Assembly (NCBI GenBank): GCA_963693365.1
Contig: CAVNZM010000002.1
Span: 1 to 64,000 of the forward strand
Origin: Amoebidium appalachense
Taxonomy: Eukaryota; Protista; Ichthyosporea
Direction of reading: 5' to 3'
DNA length: 64,000 nucleotides
A model generated the notes under the pieces. That model ran no database searches and was not told the origin of the DNA. It saw only the letters and a list, made by a program, of their open reading frames with translations. The translations under genes and the position numbers were made by a program. The first letter of the stretch is position 1. The number at the start of each line of letters is the position of its first letter. Positions 50,786-64,000 of this stretch are shown here, in pieces.

Positions 50786-51068
50786 TGGTGGTGGTGGTGG
50801 GGGGGGGGGGGGGGGGAGGGGGGGGAAGAAGGAGAATCCACACAGAGCTTGGGGATCGGCCAGAATCCCTGCAAACCATTTTGGTTGGGTAGGTGGGGTG
50901 GGGGTGGGGGGTGGGAGGGGGAGGGCAGCCAGAGAACCCAGACCAAACATGGGGAAGGAGGTATACGTAATGCCGAATAGTTGGCGAGGGGGAGGCGAAG
51001 TAAGTAGGGTGGCGCGGGGGGAGGGGGGAGGGGTAGGTGGATGTGTGTGTGTATGTTTTTTGGGGGAA

Positions 51069-51107
<39 letters not shown>

Positions 51108-51693
51108 CTTGTTCAATCAAGCTTGCGGGCATCGATAAATGGACGTGTATTGTTTCTGTGTGTCACGTGTGTGTGTAAACCGCATGTGCCTCTGTACATG
51201 CCTGGGCACACGTGTCCCGTGTGATGTGGGTGATCAAGGGGTACACACGTACATGCATGCGTGTGTTTGCATGTTGATCTATGTGGTATGTCTCTCACTC
51301 TCTCTTTCTTCTCCCCCCCCGACCCCCCTTCTCTCTCTGTGTGTGTGTGCAGGTCTGTGCATGTGCAAGTACGTACAATCCCGTTCCTTCCCTCTGTGCG
51401 TGTGCCACTTATGTGTGTGTCCCACACAAACGCGCGCGTGTCTCCGTGCCTTTCTTGCCCCCCCCTCAATCCCCTCTCGCTCTCTCTCTGTGTGTGTGTG
51501 TGTTTGTGCGTGTGTGCGTGCATGTGTGTGCTTGTGTGTGTGTGTGTGCTTGTGTGGCCCATCCGTGCCATATGGTATAGCGGAAGGCCAGCTGCTTGCA
51601 CGTTAGAAATGTATAGAGTTGGGCAACAAGAAAAAAATACAGCTGATGGAGCTGTCTCGGGTCGGTCAGTGGATGAGGGTGTGCAAGGAAAAA

Positions 51694-51730
<37 letters not shown>

Positions 51731-51825
51731 TGTATAGATGACTGTTGCGTATGTTTTTGTTTGTTTTGTGTGGTTCCCCTTAGGGATGCGGGAGTGAGAG
51801 CGAGAAACGGGAGGTGTGTGTGTGT

Positions 51826-51856
<31 letters not shown>

Positions 51857-52632
51857 GACATGGGTGAGGCAGGAGATTACAGGGGTTCAAGGGAAGACAG
51901 ACAGAACAACAGCAAGGCACCCACCCCTCCCCTGGTACTCCTGGGCCAATCCCCGTGAGAAGTAGTCCACATAGGCCTTGGCTGCAGAGTAGACCGTCAG
52001 CAGGCCCATGGGGAAGTAGCCGCTGCTGCTGCTGATGTTGACAATGGCCCCACGCTTCCTGGGGTTGGGTGTGGTTGCAAGGGGATGGGTGCCAGGCGGG
52101 TGGGGTTGCACGGGTGGATGGGAGAGGGTGTGGAAGGGAGGGTAGGGAGGCGCTGGGGAAGGTGGGGGGGGCAGCAATGACAGAGGCTGCACTTAATAAC
52201 ATCTTCACTGTGCCCTTGGTCTCTGCTTTCTTACTGGGTACAACATGCTTGCTGGTGAAGGTGGTGACCGGCGTATATTGGGTATAAGGGGTAGGGGGTG
52301 CACACAGCGATACGTGGGCACATTACTGGTAATGTGAAGCAAGAACGGTTGGTATGTGCCGATGTGCAGAGTGTGTCTGGATATAAAAACACACTCCTGT
52401 AGCACGCTGGGGCCATGCATGTGTCCATGTGCCAGGCCATGAATACATACATGAACACATGTGCAAAGCGCATGTGTGTGTGTGTGGGGGGGGGGGGGGG
52501 GGGGGTGCATGCGTGGCGTGTGCGTATGTGTATGTGTGTGTGAGCGTGTCGGTGTATGTGAGTACGAGTGTGTGTAACGTGTGTGCATGAGTTTGCAAGT
52601 GTGCTAGTTCTTTGCATGTGTGTGTTTGTATA

Positions 52633-52666
<34 letters not shown>

Positions 52667-53620
52667 GTGTGCATGTGTGTGTGTGCGAGCGCGCTCTGAC
52701 GTGTGTGTGTGAGCGTGAGCGTGAGTGTGAGTGTGAGTGCGTGTGTGTGTGTGTGTGTGTGTGTGGTGTGGATGTGTATGTGTATGTGTATATGTGTGTG
52801 TGGGCGTGTCGGTGTATGTGAGTATGAGTGTGTAGTGCATGTGCATGAGTTTGCCAGTGTGCATGTGCATTTGTGTGTGTGTGTTTGTAACAGTGTGTGC
52901 ATGTGTACATGTGTGTGTGTGTGTGTGTGTGCTTGAGCATCTGTACTTGACTGTGTGGATCAATGTGAAGTGCAGCCAGAGACCACAAGCAGATGCACTG
53001 CACCCAGGCAGGTTTGTCTGTGGGTGTGTGCTGTTATGTGCACCCACAAGCAACCCAATGACAGTCAGACAACACAGGGGCACAGACCTCTGCAGCATGC
53101 CGGGCAGGACTGCACGTGTGACGTAAGTGAGTGCCCTCATGTTAAGCCTGAAGATCATGTCGATCTTTGAGGGCTCTATCTCCAGGAAGTAGTCTGGGTG
53201 CTCGTACCCCACCCCCGCATTGTTGACCAGCACCCCCACATCCAGCCCCTCGATGGCCTGGCCCAGTGACGTGAACACGCTGTCGTCACCAGACAGGTCC
53301 AGGGCCACGGTCTTGGTCTGCACCTTGTACTTGCTCTCTGCAGGGCCCATGCGTCAGAATCATGTTTACCCCCCCACCCCCCCAAACAACCAACCAACCT
53401 CTCCTACCTTGCCATACCCCCCCCCCCCCCCCCCCCTCCTTCCCTCTCTTTTCCCAAACACACACATCAATCCGCCTACGCCACCACACCGCCATCACTC
53501 CATGGTGCAATAGCTGGTGCAGCCAAGCATTCATTCGGGTTATGTCCTCAGTAGTGGAATGAGGACTGGTGGCTTCGAGTATGCCATTGAGGTGCCCCAG
53601 CCTGTGTAACACACACCTCC

Positions 53621-53662
<42 letters not shown>

Positions 53663-54830
53663 AATAATAATCCCCTCCCCGTTCTCAGACAACCCTCCCC
53701 CCCCTCCCCCCACCCCCCCCCAAACAATCACCCTCACACACACACCATCACCACACCCATTCACCTCTTTTCAACGACTACCCCCCCCCCCCCCCCCCCA
53801 GTTTTCAAACACACATCATCACCACCACCAGGCACACCAAACCCATCATCCTATCCGACCGCACAGACAGGCCTTTTCCTTTGACTCGCACACACATCCC
53901 CCCCCCCCCCTCTCTCTCTCTCTCTCTCCCCCCCCCCCCCCTTCTCCCCACCCACCCACCCACCCCACAGGTATTTTCAAACACGCAATCCATCATACAC
54001 CTTGCCAATCTCAACACACAAACACCACGACCTATCTGCTGTTGTTGCCCGTATCACGATTCACAACGATGTCCCCCTCCCCCCCCCCCCCCCCCCTCCC
54101 CCCACAAACACACCGACACACAGGGACACATACCTTCCCCCCCCCCTCCCCCCCTTTCTGGATACACACACACGCCCTAACGTTTTCCTCTGTTCCTCCC
54201 CATCCTCCCCCCCCTCTTTTGCCTATACACCCCATCCCGCCCCTGTCCCAAAGCCCATGGCTAATGATACATCTGGAATATAATTGAATAATATCATTCA
54301 ATGTTATAATAGGTGTATAATTAAATTATTTATTGTTAGGAAAAAGATAAGAATAACAATTTTAAAGAGTACAATCAATCAATAGTAGAAAAGATGTTAG
54401 TTAGTTTAATAATGATAGTAAAATAACATCCCTACGATCACGGCACACATGCCCCTTGGCCCCCAACACCGTCTCCCTCTGCTCTTCCTCAAACCATTCC
54501 CACCAATCTGGGCCACCACACGTACAACTGAAAAACACACCAAAAATCTGACATACACACATACAAAAACACACACCATAGACACATACACCCACACCTA
54601 CTGCAAAGAACACGCCCACATACACACCCAGCAAACAAACAACAGCTACCGACGAACATTAACCAAAAACACCGCACCTATCACAACATATACACACGCA
54701 TGCACACACACACACCCCACTAACACACACAAGCCCAACCAAACTCCCCCCACACACACACACAAAGCTCCCCCTGCTCCCTCCCTCCACACACCCACCG
54801 CCACCCTTTCTTCCCCCCCCCACCCCCCCA

Positions 54831-54861
<31 letters not shown>

Positions 54862-55994
54862 AACTCATACCCACACACACACACACACACACCCCCACCC
54901 ACCCACCCACCCACACCCACACCACACACACACCCACCCTACACACACCCACAACCACCCACCCACCCACACCCACACGCACGCACGCACGCGCACACCT
55001 ATCTCCTTGGCCACCTCCTGCAGCTTGCTGAGTGTGCGGCTGACCAGCACAATGTTGAGGCCCTTTCTGGCCAGCTCGAAGGCATAGGCCTTGCCGATAC
55101 CGTCCGTAGACCCCGTCACCACTGCACCCATACATATCTGCCGGTCAGCACCTGGAAACGAACCCAACAACCCTTCCAACTCTTCTCCTCGCCCTCCCCC
55201 CACCCCCTCTCCCCCCAACTCCTCCCAACCCCCCAACTCCCGGCCCTCCCCCTCACCTCCTGGCCTCTTCGCCAGGTCCATATAATTCTTCACAGACAGA
55301 GTAACGTCAGAAGGAGTAATTTGGTCTTAACTTAATGTACGGAGTACGTTTGCCATCAGTCATTCCTAACCCTTCGAGATTCCCAACTTCCCCCTTACCC
55401 CAAATCCACGCAACCACACACGTCAACCACTACACAGTGTGTAAACCCTGCACGCCGTTCCCACTTCCACCCTGCCCCTTCACGCGTAGTGGCCCGTTTC
55501 CCCCGCCACACCACCAGCTCCAACTATCTGATGCCTTTACTAAAACATATTCGAACATCCCCCCCCCCCCCCTCCCCCCCCCCTTCCCCCCTCCCCCTCC
55601 CGCCGGATCCCACCTTCTTACCATCAACATTCTCAATCTGAGGCACAACCCACTACCCACACTAACCCCCCCCCCCCCCCCCCCCCCCCCCAACCCATCT
55701 ACCACGATGCCCGCCTGATTAACTGTGGCGTATGCTCAGGTAGAACCCTAACGGAGAAGAAAAAGTGTGAAGCAAAGATAAGCGACTGTCTTTCGAGCCC
55801 CTAGTGAGCTCACCTTACTACCTCCCCGTGCACATACTTCTCCTTCCCTCCCACGCACCTGCCCAGCTGCCGTACTTCTTCAGGTCCTTGCCTGGCCGCA
55901 GAAAGTACACGTACACAAACTGCGCCACTCCAGCAAGCACGTACAGCCCCGCAAGGGCTGCGGCTGCCTGGCCGATAAATGCAAAGTCAACCAT
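50362..55994 (-). CDS. HSD17B12: Very-long-chain 3-oxoacyl-CoA reductase (KAR / 17beta-HSD12-like SDR), 307 aa, 5 exons (55994-55859, 55121-54999, 53337-53088, 52058-51925, 50642-50362)
   Basis: N-terminal hydrophobic segment, [53 protein letters not shown] and a basic C-terminus. The spliced length is 924 nt, in frame. Confidence 0.92.
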
Positions 55995-56070
55995 TTCTAT
56001 ATGTGATAAAAGCGAAGTGTGAGAACCGTTTGGTGCTTCGCTGCTTTTTGTTGCCACATGTGGTGACGAT

Positions 56071-56237
56071 GGCAGCCTGGGTTTGCGTTACGAATCGTAT
56101 CGGCCTAAAATACGATTTAGGAAACCCCGTAATACGATTAACAGGAGCCATCCAATTAGTAAATGCGACCCTGAAGGGTGTCACAATCCTCGGAATTTGC
56201 CTAAATACGATTAAGAACGCCAAACCCCGGCAATGCC
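56071..56237. mobile_element. Possible tiny MITE in the KAR / BTB-WD40 divergent promoter
   Basis: Imperfect, roughly 30-bp inverted ends (ggcagcctgggtttgcgttacgaatcgtat versus rc ggcattgccggggtttggcgttcttaatcgtat) and four ATACGAT/ATCGTAT motifs. Confidence 0.4.
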
Positions 56238-56782
56238 TGTGGCAGACACTGTTTTCCCCCTAAAAAATGCGTTGGCGCCCATTTGGTGGGTTTTGATTGG
56301 GTCAGCGTAGTGCGAGGTTGTCACATGTTGGGGCCATGTGACCCAATCAAATCGCGCAGCTTTATCGAGGGATCTGCATTTAGCTTTATATGGCAGGCAA
56401 ACACAGTAGATTAGGCGCCTGACCTTGGTTACGTTGTCTGACTGCCGGCGGTGAGCCACACAGTGACGACACCCACTCACCAAAACCGCGGCGCGATCGA
56501 TACTATGTCGACGCGCCATCAGCTGCAGGCACAGTGAGGCAACACAAGCATAGCAGGAAGGTTGGCAGAAAGGTAGCTGCTAGCTGGCGGACATAGTGTC
56601 TGAAGTCAAATACTACGTGCCGTGACATGCCTGGGAGTGACTGTGCATGGTAGTTTCTATTGCAGCATCTGACGGTAGCGGGGAGTGAACCGTTCTTCTC
56701 CTTGTACGTGCATCTAGCCCAGTAGCCCACCAGCACAACGAGCCAACCAGCCCCTGCACGTGCCCCCGTGTGCGTGTGGGCC

Positions 56783-57289
56783 ATGGAGGACCTACGGCCA
56801 CTCTGTGAGGCGCTTGGGTCTGCCCGGCAGCAGGTGGCGCAGGCACTGGACGAGGCGGGGCGGGTGCTGGGCAGGCTGGAGAGGGAGGCGGCCAGGCTGT
56901 GGGAGCAGACACGTGCACTGGCCGAGGAGAGGGAGGCCCTGGAGAGAGAGAGGTGCGTGCGTGTGCACTCGTGGCTGCACGGACATACTTGAACTAGAGA
57001 AACACACCTACGTGCGCAGCATCATTGAGTCATAGATTCGCACGAATGCAGTCTTCAATTTAATGTCTCACACAAACGGACAAGCGAATGACTTGGATCT
57101 GCATCCATTATGGATACACACACACACTAACACGCGCACATGCACGCGTACCCACGCACACACACAACACACAGACACCAACTTGCAAAATGCATATGCC
57201 CACACCAACATCCACATCTACGTCGACACCCCAACAAAAACCCCTCGCCCCCTCTCCCCCTCCTCACACACACACACACACGCACGCAC

Positions 57290-57336
<47 letters not shown>

Positions 57337-57512
57337 CGCACACACAGATACTTACACAACTATCTCAACACTTGCACAACCTGTAATGCAACGGCATTGC
57401 ATTTATACCTCTAGTCCTTCTCGACCACATGTTGGGGCTTTGAAAGGCAGATGCACACCAGAGACAGGCACTCTAAACGTGAGGTTGGCTTCAACATGTT
57501 ACACGACCTAGG

Positions 57513-57606
<94 letters not shown>

Positions 57607-58343
57607 TACACACACACACCTTGACAGACACACAGGCGCACACCCACAGACCCATGCAGGCACATTAGACTTGTAGCAATTATCCAGCATCCCACCGCAT
57701 GCCCTGTCTTTGTCCCGCTGCTTCCTGTTCCCCCACCTGCCCTGCCTCCCTGTGTTGCCTCCTGCTGTGTAGCTCAGCAGTTAGGGTGTGGGTGCACGTG
57801 TCCTGTTTTATTTGTATGTCTGCACCCTTTTGTGCTTGTGTCTCCCATGTGTGTGCACGGCTTTTTTCCCAAGCGGCACGGTGTGTGCCTGACATGACTG
57901 TGCCTGCATGCCGACATGTGTGCCTGTGGGTGTGTGCCTGCCTGTTTGTTTGTTTGGGCCACAACGAGCGCAGCACAAGGCAACCTGCAGTGCGCTGGGA
58001 GGGCTCGTGTTTACTTTGCTAGGCAACTCTAAACGACCCCCAACACCTTGCGCTGATCTTGCACCCTTTCCCCAATTCTAGCCTCTTCTCCCCCCCCCCC
58101 CCCCCCCCCCCCTTCCCCCCTTCTCTCTCCCCTAGTTCCCTCCCGCCGTCATTCTCCCCCCCCGTTCCCCCCCCCGGAGGGTTGGCTGTGGTAGGGGGTA
58201 GGGCAGGGGGTGTGCGGGAGGGTGGTGGACGGTGTATGTGCACCAAAGTCGTGTGGGTGTGCTAGAGGCTTGGTGGGTGATGCACTTGTAAGGGCCTGCA
58301 TATGTCCGTGTGCACCTTGCCCTGTGCTGCCCACCTCCCCCCC

Positions 58344-58377
<34 letters not shown>

Positions 58378-59818
58378 TCCCCACTCCCCCCCCCCCCCAC
58401 CCGGCCCTCTCCCTACGTTTCTGACCATGCCCCCCCCCCCCCCCCCTCCCCCCTCCCCCCGCCGGCCGCTTCTGACCAGATGCCCCCCCTCCCCCCTCCC
58501 CCCTCCCCCCTCCCCTCTCCCCCTTCCTGGCTCTAGGGCGGCACTGCGGCGTGAGGCCACTGTGCTATCCACGTGCAACGTCAGTGCTGATGACGTCATC
58601 GAGCTTGAAGTTGGGGGGCAGCCCTTGACAACCAGCAGGCACACCCTGACGCGGCTGCAGGGCAGCATGCTGGCTGCATGGTTCAGTGGCCGCCATGCGC
58701 TCAGGGCCAGCAAGGAGGGCCGCATAGTCATCGACAGGGACCCCACGTGGTTTGGCTACGTGCTGGACTATGCACGCACAGGCACCATGCTCCCCCTGCC
58801 CCCTGACCCCCACCTGGTGGCCCGCATACGCCAGGAGTTTGACTTCTTCTGCATCCCATGGCCCATGGCTGGGGACGAGCGCAAAGCGCCCAGCCTAGTG
58901 GACTGCATGGCGCAGGGCCACAGGGAGCTGACGCTACTGGGGCACACGGACAGGGTCACGTGCCTGGCCGTGGACGGGCACACGGTGGCCAGCGGCAGCA
59001 TGGATGCCACCGTGCGGCTGTGGGATGCCGTGAGGGGCACGTACCTGCGCACGCTGGTGGGCCACAGGGGCTGTGTGCTGTCGCTGGCCCTGGGCCATGG
59101 CCTGGTGGCCTCGTGGGCCAGCGAGGACTGCACGGTGCGGCTGTGGGCCCGAGATACGGGCTGTCGCCTGCACGAGGTGCCCTGCAGGGCCGTGGTGTCC
59201 CTGGCCCTGGGCCCGGCCATGGTGGCGGCCAGTGTGGCCGAGCAGGGCCAGCCGGCCAGCCTGCGGGTGTGGGCCACTGACACGGGCCAGGGCCTGGCCA
59301 CCATCCCAGGCACCAACCCGCTGTTCCGGCTGGCCTTTGTGGACGGCCTGCTGGCCGGGGCCGTGGGCAGCAGTGTGCGGCTGTGGCACCCGGGCACAGG
59401 GGCCTGTGTGCGGGTGCTGGAGGGCCACGGCATGACGGTGGATGCGATAGTGGCCACGGAGGGCCTGCTGGTCACGGCCGCACACACCATGGGCCGGCCT
59501 GAGGGCGAGTACATTGTGTGGGACCCAGTGACGGGCACCGTGCAGCTGCGGCGGCAGGTGCAGACACAGTACTGCAAGCGGTTTGTCTATGTGGGGGGCT
59601 GCCTGGCGTTTGGGGACCGGGACCACAGCATCTCGCTGCACGACATGGCCAGTGGCCGGCGGCTGGACCTGCCGGGCCACCTGGATGCCGTGCTGGCCGT
59701 GGCGGCGGCCCCCGGCCACCGCATGATCGTCAGTGGCTCACGGGACAAGACCGTCAAGCTGTGGTGGCCTGCTGACCAATCAAATAAGCGCCCACGCACC
59801 GAGGATGCTGACGCCTGA
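56783..59818 (+). CDS. Coiled-coil + KCTD-type BTB/POZ + WD40 protein, paralogue 2, about 483 aa (exons 56783-56952, 58537-59818)
   Basis: DVIELEVGGQPLTTSRHTL...IDRDPTWFGYVLDYARTG..EFDFF, and WD repeats GHTDRV..SGSMDATVRLWD, GHLDAV..SGSRDKTVKLW. Phase-2 GT-AG intron at 56953-58536. Confidence 0.88.
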
Positions 59819-61092
59819 CGAGTAGGCGGATTGTGGGGGGGGAGTGATATCGATGCTCTTTAAGGTGTTGCTGCTCGGGTGGCATGCCAGACGTGACCCA
59901 CCACATATGCTAACAGACACACCCTAAAAGCCTATTTGATCGGCATGTGGCCCGGACACCTTTATGTTGGCATGGCGCACACCCCGAAAATGGTGATCAA
60001 CCTTGGTTAACCGGGGATTGACACCGGTGACCGGGCAGCTTATGCACCCTCCCGTCAAGATGGCTCAGAATCGACCTTCATCCCGACCTAGCCTCGTCTA
60101 TCTCCTACATCCGCCATTGAAATCTGCGCTGGCACCTTGGCAGCACTCTCAGAGATCCAAACGTCTCTGCCGCCCTCCCATCTTTGCACCAAAAAGAACA
60201 TGAAATGTAGAATACGTATACAGGGCACCTCGTGCATAACTATCTCATTGGTTCATGCCCGTAGCATTGCACTGCCCGCCCTTCAGGATAATTATAAGAT
60301 AGGGAGACAGCTAGAGTTCCCCCTATACCTAAAAGAATGCTTGGCTCTATACCGTATATAGTAAACACCAACGAAACTGTCTCTCTCCAATACACTATTT
60401 AGGTCCTGATCCGGGCTGCCTATAAAAAAAAGGGGAATTTGATCCCTGTAGAGTGGTTTTGATTGGATATATGCCAACCACTCTCACGTGACTTAAACGG
60501 TGTTATATCTGATTGTAGCCTATGATGTAGGGGGCTGATCCCGCATGTTTTCGACATGATGAATTTTAATTTCCGTTAATATTGGCTCTAAACTAATGTA
60601 GGCCCGTTGGCCCTTTGGAGCAACAACATCCTCGCCTGATTAGCAAAAAATCTGTTCAACATGTTTATAGCAATTGCAATTGTTTGTTTGTTTGTTTGTT
60701 TGTTTTGTTGCGTGTGCACGTTTGTGGTGGTGGTGGTGATGGGTTTGTAGGGGGGGGCAGGGGGTAGTATAGGCAAATTTCTTTTGGCCGGTGCGGATAC
60801 CGGCCCCGATCCCTGTGTAAATATACAGGTCCAGATATGTTTTGCTGTTCCACTACCATAATAGATACAAGCATTTGTGCTTTGTTATCTCCTGTGAGAC
60901 TCTGTGATATGGTCAATCTTGCAGTCAGCTCCCATTATGGTTCCCGAGCTGCAGGCAGACCATGCACATTGATAGTCACTGGTTTCCAGAGCCTCAGGCC
61001 TGCTGATTGGTTTGGTTGGTTCTCAGAGCCTGCTCATTGGTTGGCGCTGACACGCACCCGCACATATCACCAAGCCATATGCGTACCTGCTA

Positions 61093-61155
61093 GGGTCACC
61101 CGCAAGTTGCATATATTTGCATATATTTGCACATATTTACAACTTCGGGTGACCC
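61093..61155. repeat. 63-bp hairpin (inverted arms around a 10-bp tandem repeat)
   Basis: GGGTCACCCG(C)AAGTTG ... CAACTTCGGGTGACCC enclosing about three copies of CATATATTTG. Confidence 0.7.
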
Positions 61156-61348
61156 CTCCTGCTATGCATGGAAGGCCACTGTGACTGACAACTGAAGGTG
61201 AGAGTGCCAGCCGGGTCGGCATGTACATTAACTTCGAAATACACAGGCTCTTCTAGGCCTAGGATATACCGTATTTCATAAGGCCATAGAGGTAGACAAG
61301 TGTTTTTTGTGTGTGTATACGTATGTGTGTACATGTGTGTGTGTGTGT

Positions 61349-61444
<96 letters not shown>

Positions 61445-62344
61445 CACGTGTGTGTGTGTGTGTGTGTGTCACACGTGTGTGTGTACATGTGTGTATGTGT
61501 GTGTGCCAGCGAGTGGACTCCCCCCCCTTCCCCCCCCTAAACCCCCATGGCCAAGGACTGGCACATTCGAATTCCAATGCTGGTTGGCACTGTCTGGGCC
61601 TGTGTGTGCACACGAAAACCCATTGAGAGCGTTTGGCGGTGAAGGGCGGTGAAGGTGTTGGAAGTATTGTGCTTGTGGTGGTGGTGGCCCTGCGGGTGGG
61701 TGGGTGGAAAGGGGAGGGGGGGGGGGGGAGGAAGGACACGGTGTGTGTGGGTGGGTGGGTGGGTGGGGGGGGTCCGGGGGGGGGGGGGGGGGGGGGGGGA
61801 GGGGGCATATTGCAATGCAGTGATAATTGCATGCACCTGACAGGCCGGGCCGGGTACAGAGTAGTTTCCCGGACTCCCGGGTTCATGACTCACTCCTAAC
61901 TGTAAGAGTATGCAGTAGGTATTTGTATTAGTATAAATGGGAGAACCCTTCTAACAAAACCAGGTCAGGGCACATTGTGGCCAACGGGTGTCGTGTTCGG
62001 CTGCTATCATCTAGTTACTTCCTAAACTAAATATACCACACAATTTGGGAGTAGTGTTTCAAGTGACCACTTAGATATGTGTGCCTTATAGTGGCTCAAA
62101 ACTCTCAGTAAAGGCTCAGTGGATGGGTGTGGCATAGCGCCATAACACGTCTTTGATGCTATAATGAAGGGGGGCCCGGGGGCCAGGGGGGGGGGAGGGG
62201 GAGGGGGGAGGTGGGGGGTGGGGGGGGGGGGGGGGGGGGGGGGAGGGGCCCAGGGGCCCGCGGCAGTACCAAGAACCAAGGCCATTGCGAAATCCGGGTT
62301 AGTAAATCAACAGACCTTGCAATGTGCATGCTAAGGTCCTCGGA

Positions 62345-62396
<52 letters not shown>

Positions 62397-63400
62397 ACAT
62401 ACCCACACCCACCCATGGCCACCCACCCACCCACCCACCCAATCTCCCTCCCTCCCCCCACCACCACCACCCATCCCGCGGCAAAAAGACAACAACAAAA
62501 AAACAAAACTTGCGCCTGCGCCCGAGTCTTTGATCACCAGCAATAAGCTCTAAAGAGAAGGTCACCACGGTATGCTTGACCAGCTTTACTTTGTTCGATT
62601 GGAAAACACTTGGCAATAGAGATATTTGGATGACCATCCGAAGGCAGGAGTTCAAAGTGGTGTCACCTGTACTAAGTACGTTCGTATGTATGTGTGAAGC
62701 TCTTTGGGAACTTCAAAGTATTTCACATTTTGTCTGGTTCTAAGCAGGACGCTGCTTCCAACCCCTAGCAGTGCTGAGTATCACCACTCACGTTACACCA
62801 ACGATGGCGACATCCAGCCCAGCGGACCGTGCACATCATGATCATGATCGACATTCAAGGTTCTGAAAGTGAATGCACAGACCGACGGAATGCGGTGACT
62901 CACTGCCACGACAACAAACCGGGCTGCAACTATGGGGCCTAAAGGATATTCTGTGACTGTGTGGATTCCCTCAGATCCGCTCAGCCAGCCTAAGCCCCGG
63001 ATCTTGCGTCCGGACACACTGCCAGCCTGTGTTCGCCTACAGAGGCTGTGCACGTGTTGGTGCTCTCTCTCAGAGGCAAGGTGACTGAAACCCGCTTCAG
63101 AGAGCTAGGGGCACATTATAGCCACTTGAACACATATTTAGTTGCCAAGTTGCTGGAAAACGGGCAGCCACCGAGGGCGCCCCCATATTTATTGAATGAG
63201 CAGGACAGGCCATAACTAACGCCGGAACCTCAGAAGTTTACCCATACATACCGCAGCACAGCCCCAGGCTGCAAGTCAGCAACCACCTATGAAGTTTACC
63301 CATACATTCCGCAGCACAGCCACATGCCGTAAGTAAGCAACCACAAAAACTTCGTGCATTCGAACATCTATCCCTGTCTATTTTTTTCCGCGCGTCTATA

Positions 63401-64000
63401 CTATTGTGCACACAGGCGTGCGCGCAGTGCCAGCTGCTGTGTGGCCAGCAGGTTGTTTTCCTCGACCAGTGCCTCTGTCATCCTCTGCATGTTAGCCACA
63501 AACAGGGCCCTCTCAGCTGCGTCCATGCCCCCCGCCACGTGCTCTATCTGCACGCGCAGGTCCTCTGTGGACCGCTGGCCCAGGTCCAGCTTCTGGAAGT
63601 GCCAGCGTCTGCTGTTGGCCTGCGACTGGTCGGGGCTGTCTGTGTCGCTGCTGAGGTCGCTGCTCTCTTCCTGCGCCCTCTGCTCGTCCCTGACTATGTC
63701 CTCGACCCTCCTGCGGCCTATCCACGCCACCTTCTTGCCGTAGCGGATAAAGGGGTTTTTTCTGAGCTTGGCCTCCCTCTCGCCCAGCGCCTGCGACCTG
63801 ACGCCCTGCAGCCTGCCCAGCAGCTCGTCCCTCTGCCGGTAGTCGCCCAGCCGCAGCGTGACGTCGCAGTCGGCCGTGACCACGTGCAGCTCGCAGTCCC
63901 CATGCTTGCGGAACACCCGTGCGTGGCTGATGTCTGCCCGCACCACAGCCTCGCCCCGGTGGTCGAGCAGCGCCAGGCTGTGCGCGTGCAGGTCCAGCAC
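63401..64000 (-). CDS. 3' part of a gene running off the window; PH-like beta region followed by an acidic/Ser linker and coiled coil, function unknown
   Basis: 199-codon open frame with the GC-rich codon style of host exons. Beta-strand pattern plus terminal helix (YRQRDELLGRLQ) and a heptad-like C-terminus. Confidence 0.65.
   Translation of the reverse strand: MLDLHAHSLALLDHRGEAVVRADISHARVFRKHGDCELHVVTADCDVTLRLGDYRQRDELLGRLQGVRSQALGEREAKLRKNPFIRYGKKVAWIGRRRVEDIVRDEQRAQEESSDLSSDTDSPDQSQANSRRWHFQKLDLGQRSTEDLRVQIEHVAGGMDAAERALFVANMQRMTEALVEENNLLATQQLALRARLCAQ

Noticed and set aside
63233-63345. 58-bp imperfect tandem duplication (also a 27-bp duplication at about 6517-6570)
   Set aside because: Two-copy local duplications in UTR or intron sequence with no further structure.

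Overview
Eukaryotic, intron-rich DNA with GT-AG introns full of (CA)n/(TG)n and poly-C/G tracts. The gene content (endophilin B, KCTD-type BTB-WD40) suggests a non-fungal, probably unicellular holozoan-like host; this is inference only. Left arm: an intronless fungal-type (Fhb7-like) glutathione S-transferase head-to-head with an MDR-family NADPH quinone/alkenal oxidoreductase, a 12-exon endophilin-B-like gene, and a kinase-less proline-rich protein with six or more RFx[V/I/M] motifs and a C-terminal coiled coil. Centre (20.1-44.1 kb): a resolvable nest of nine LTR-retroelement insertions from six families, each bounded by a 5-bp TSD (one imperfect, one uninformative in poly-C). It holds two TRIMs, an RT-deleted Copia, two non-autonomous Gypsy derivatives, three solo LTRs and one intact Copia with apparently identical LTRs. 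Right arm: two outward-facing coiled-coil/BTB/WD40 paralogues around a 5-exon very-long-chain 3-oxoacyl-CoA reductase, a MITE with a CACAGTG end, and the 3' end of another gene. Most short ORFs in the track are artefacts of simple repeats. All alignments were done by eye, and family assignments come from recalled motifs, not database searches.
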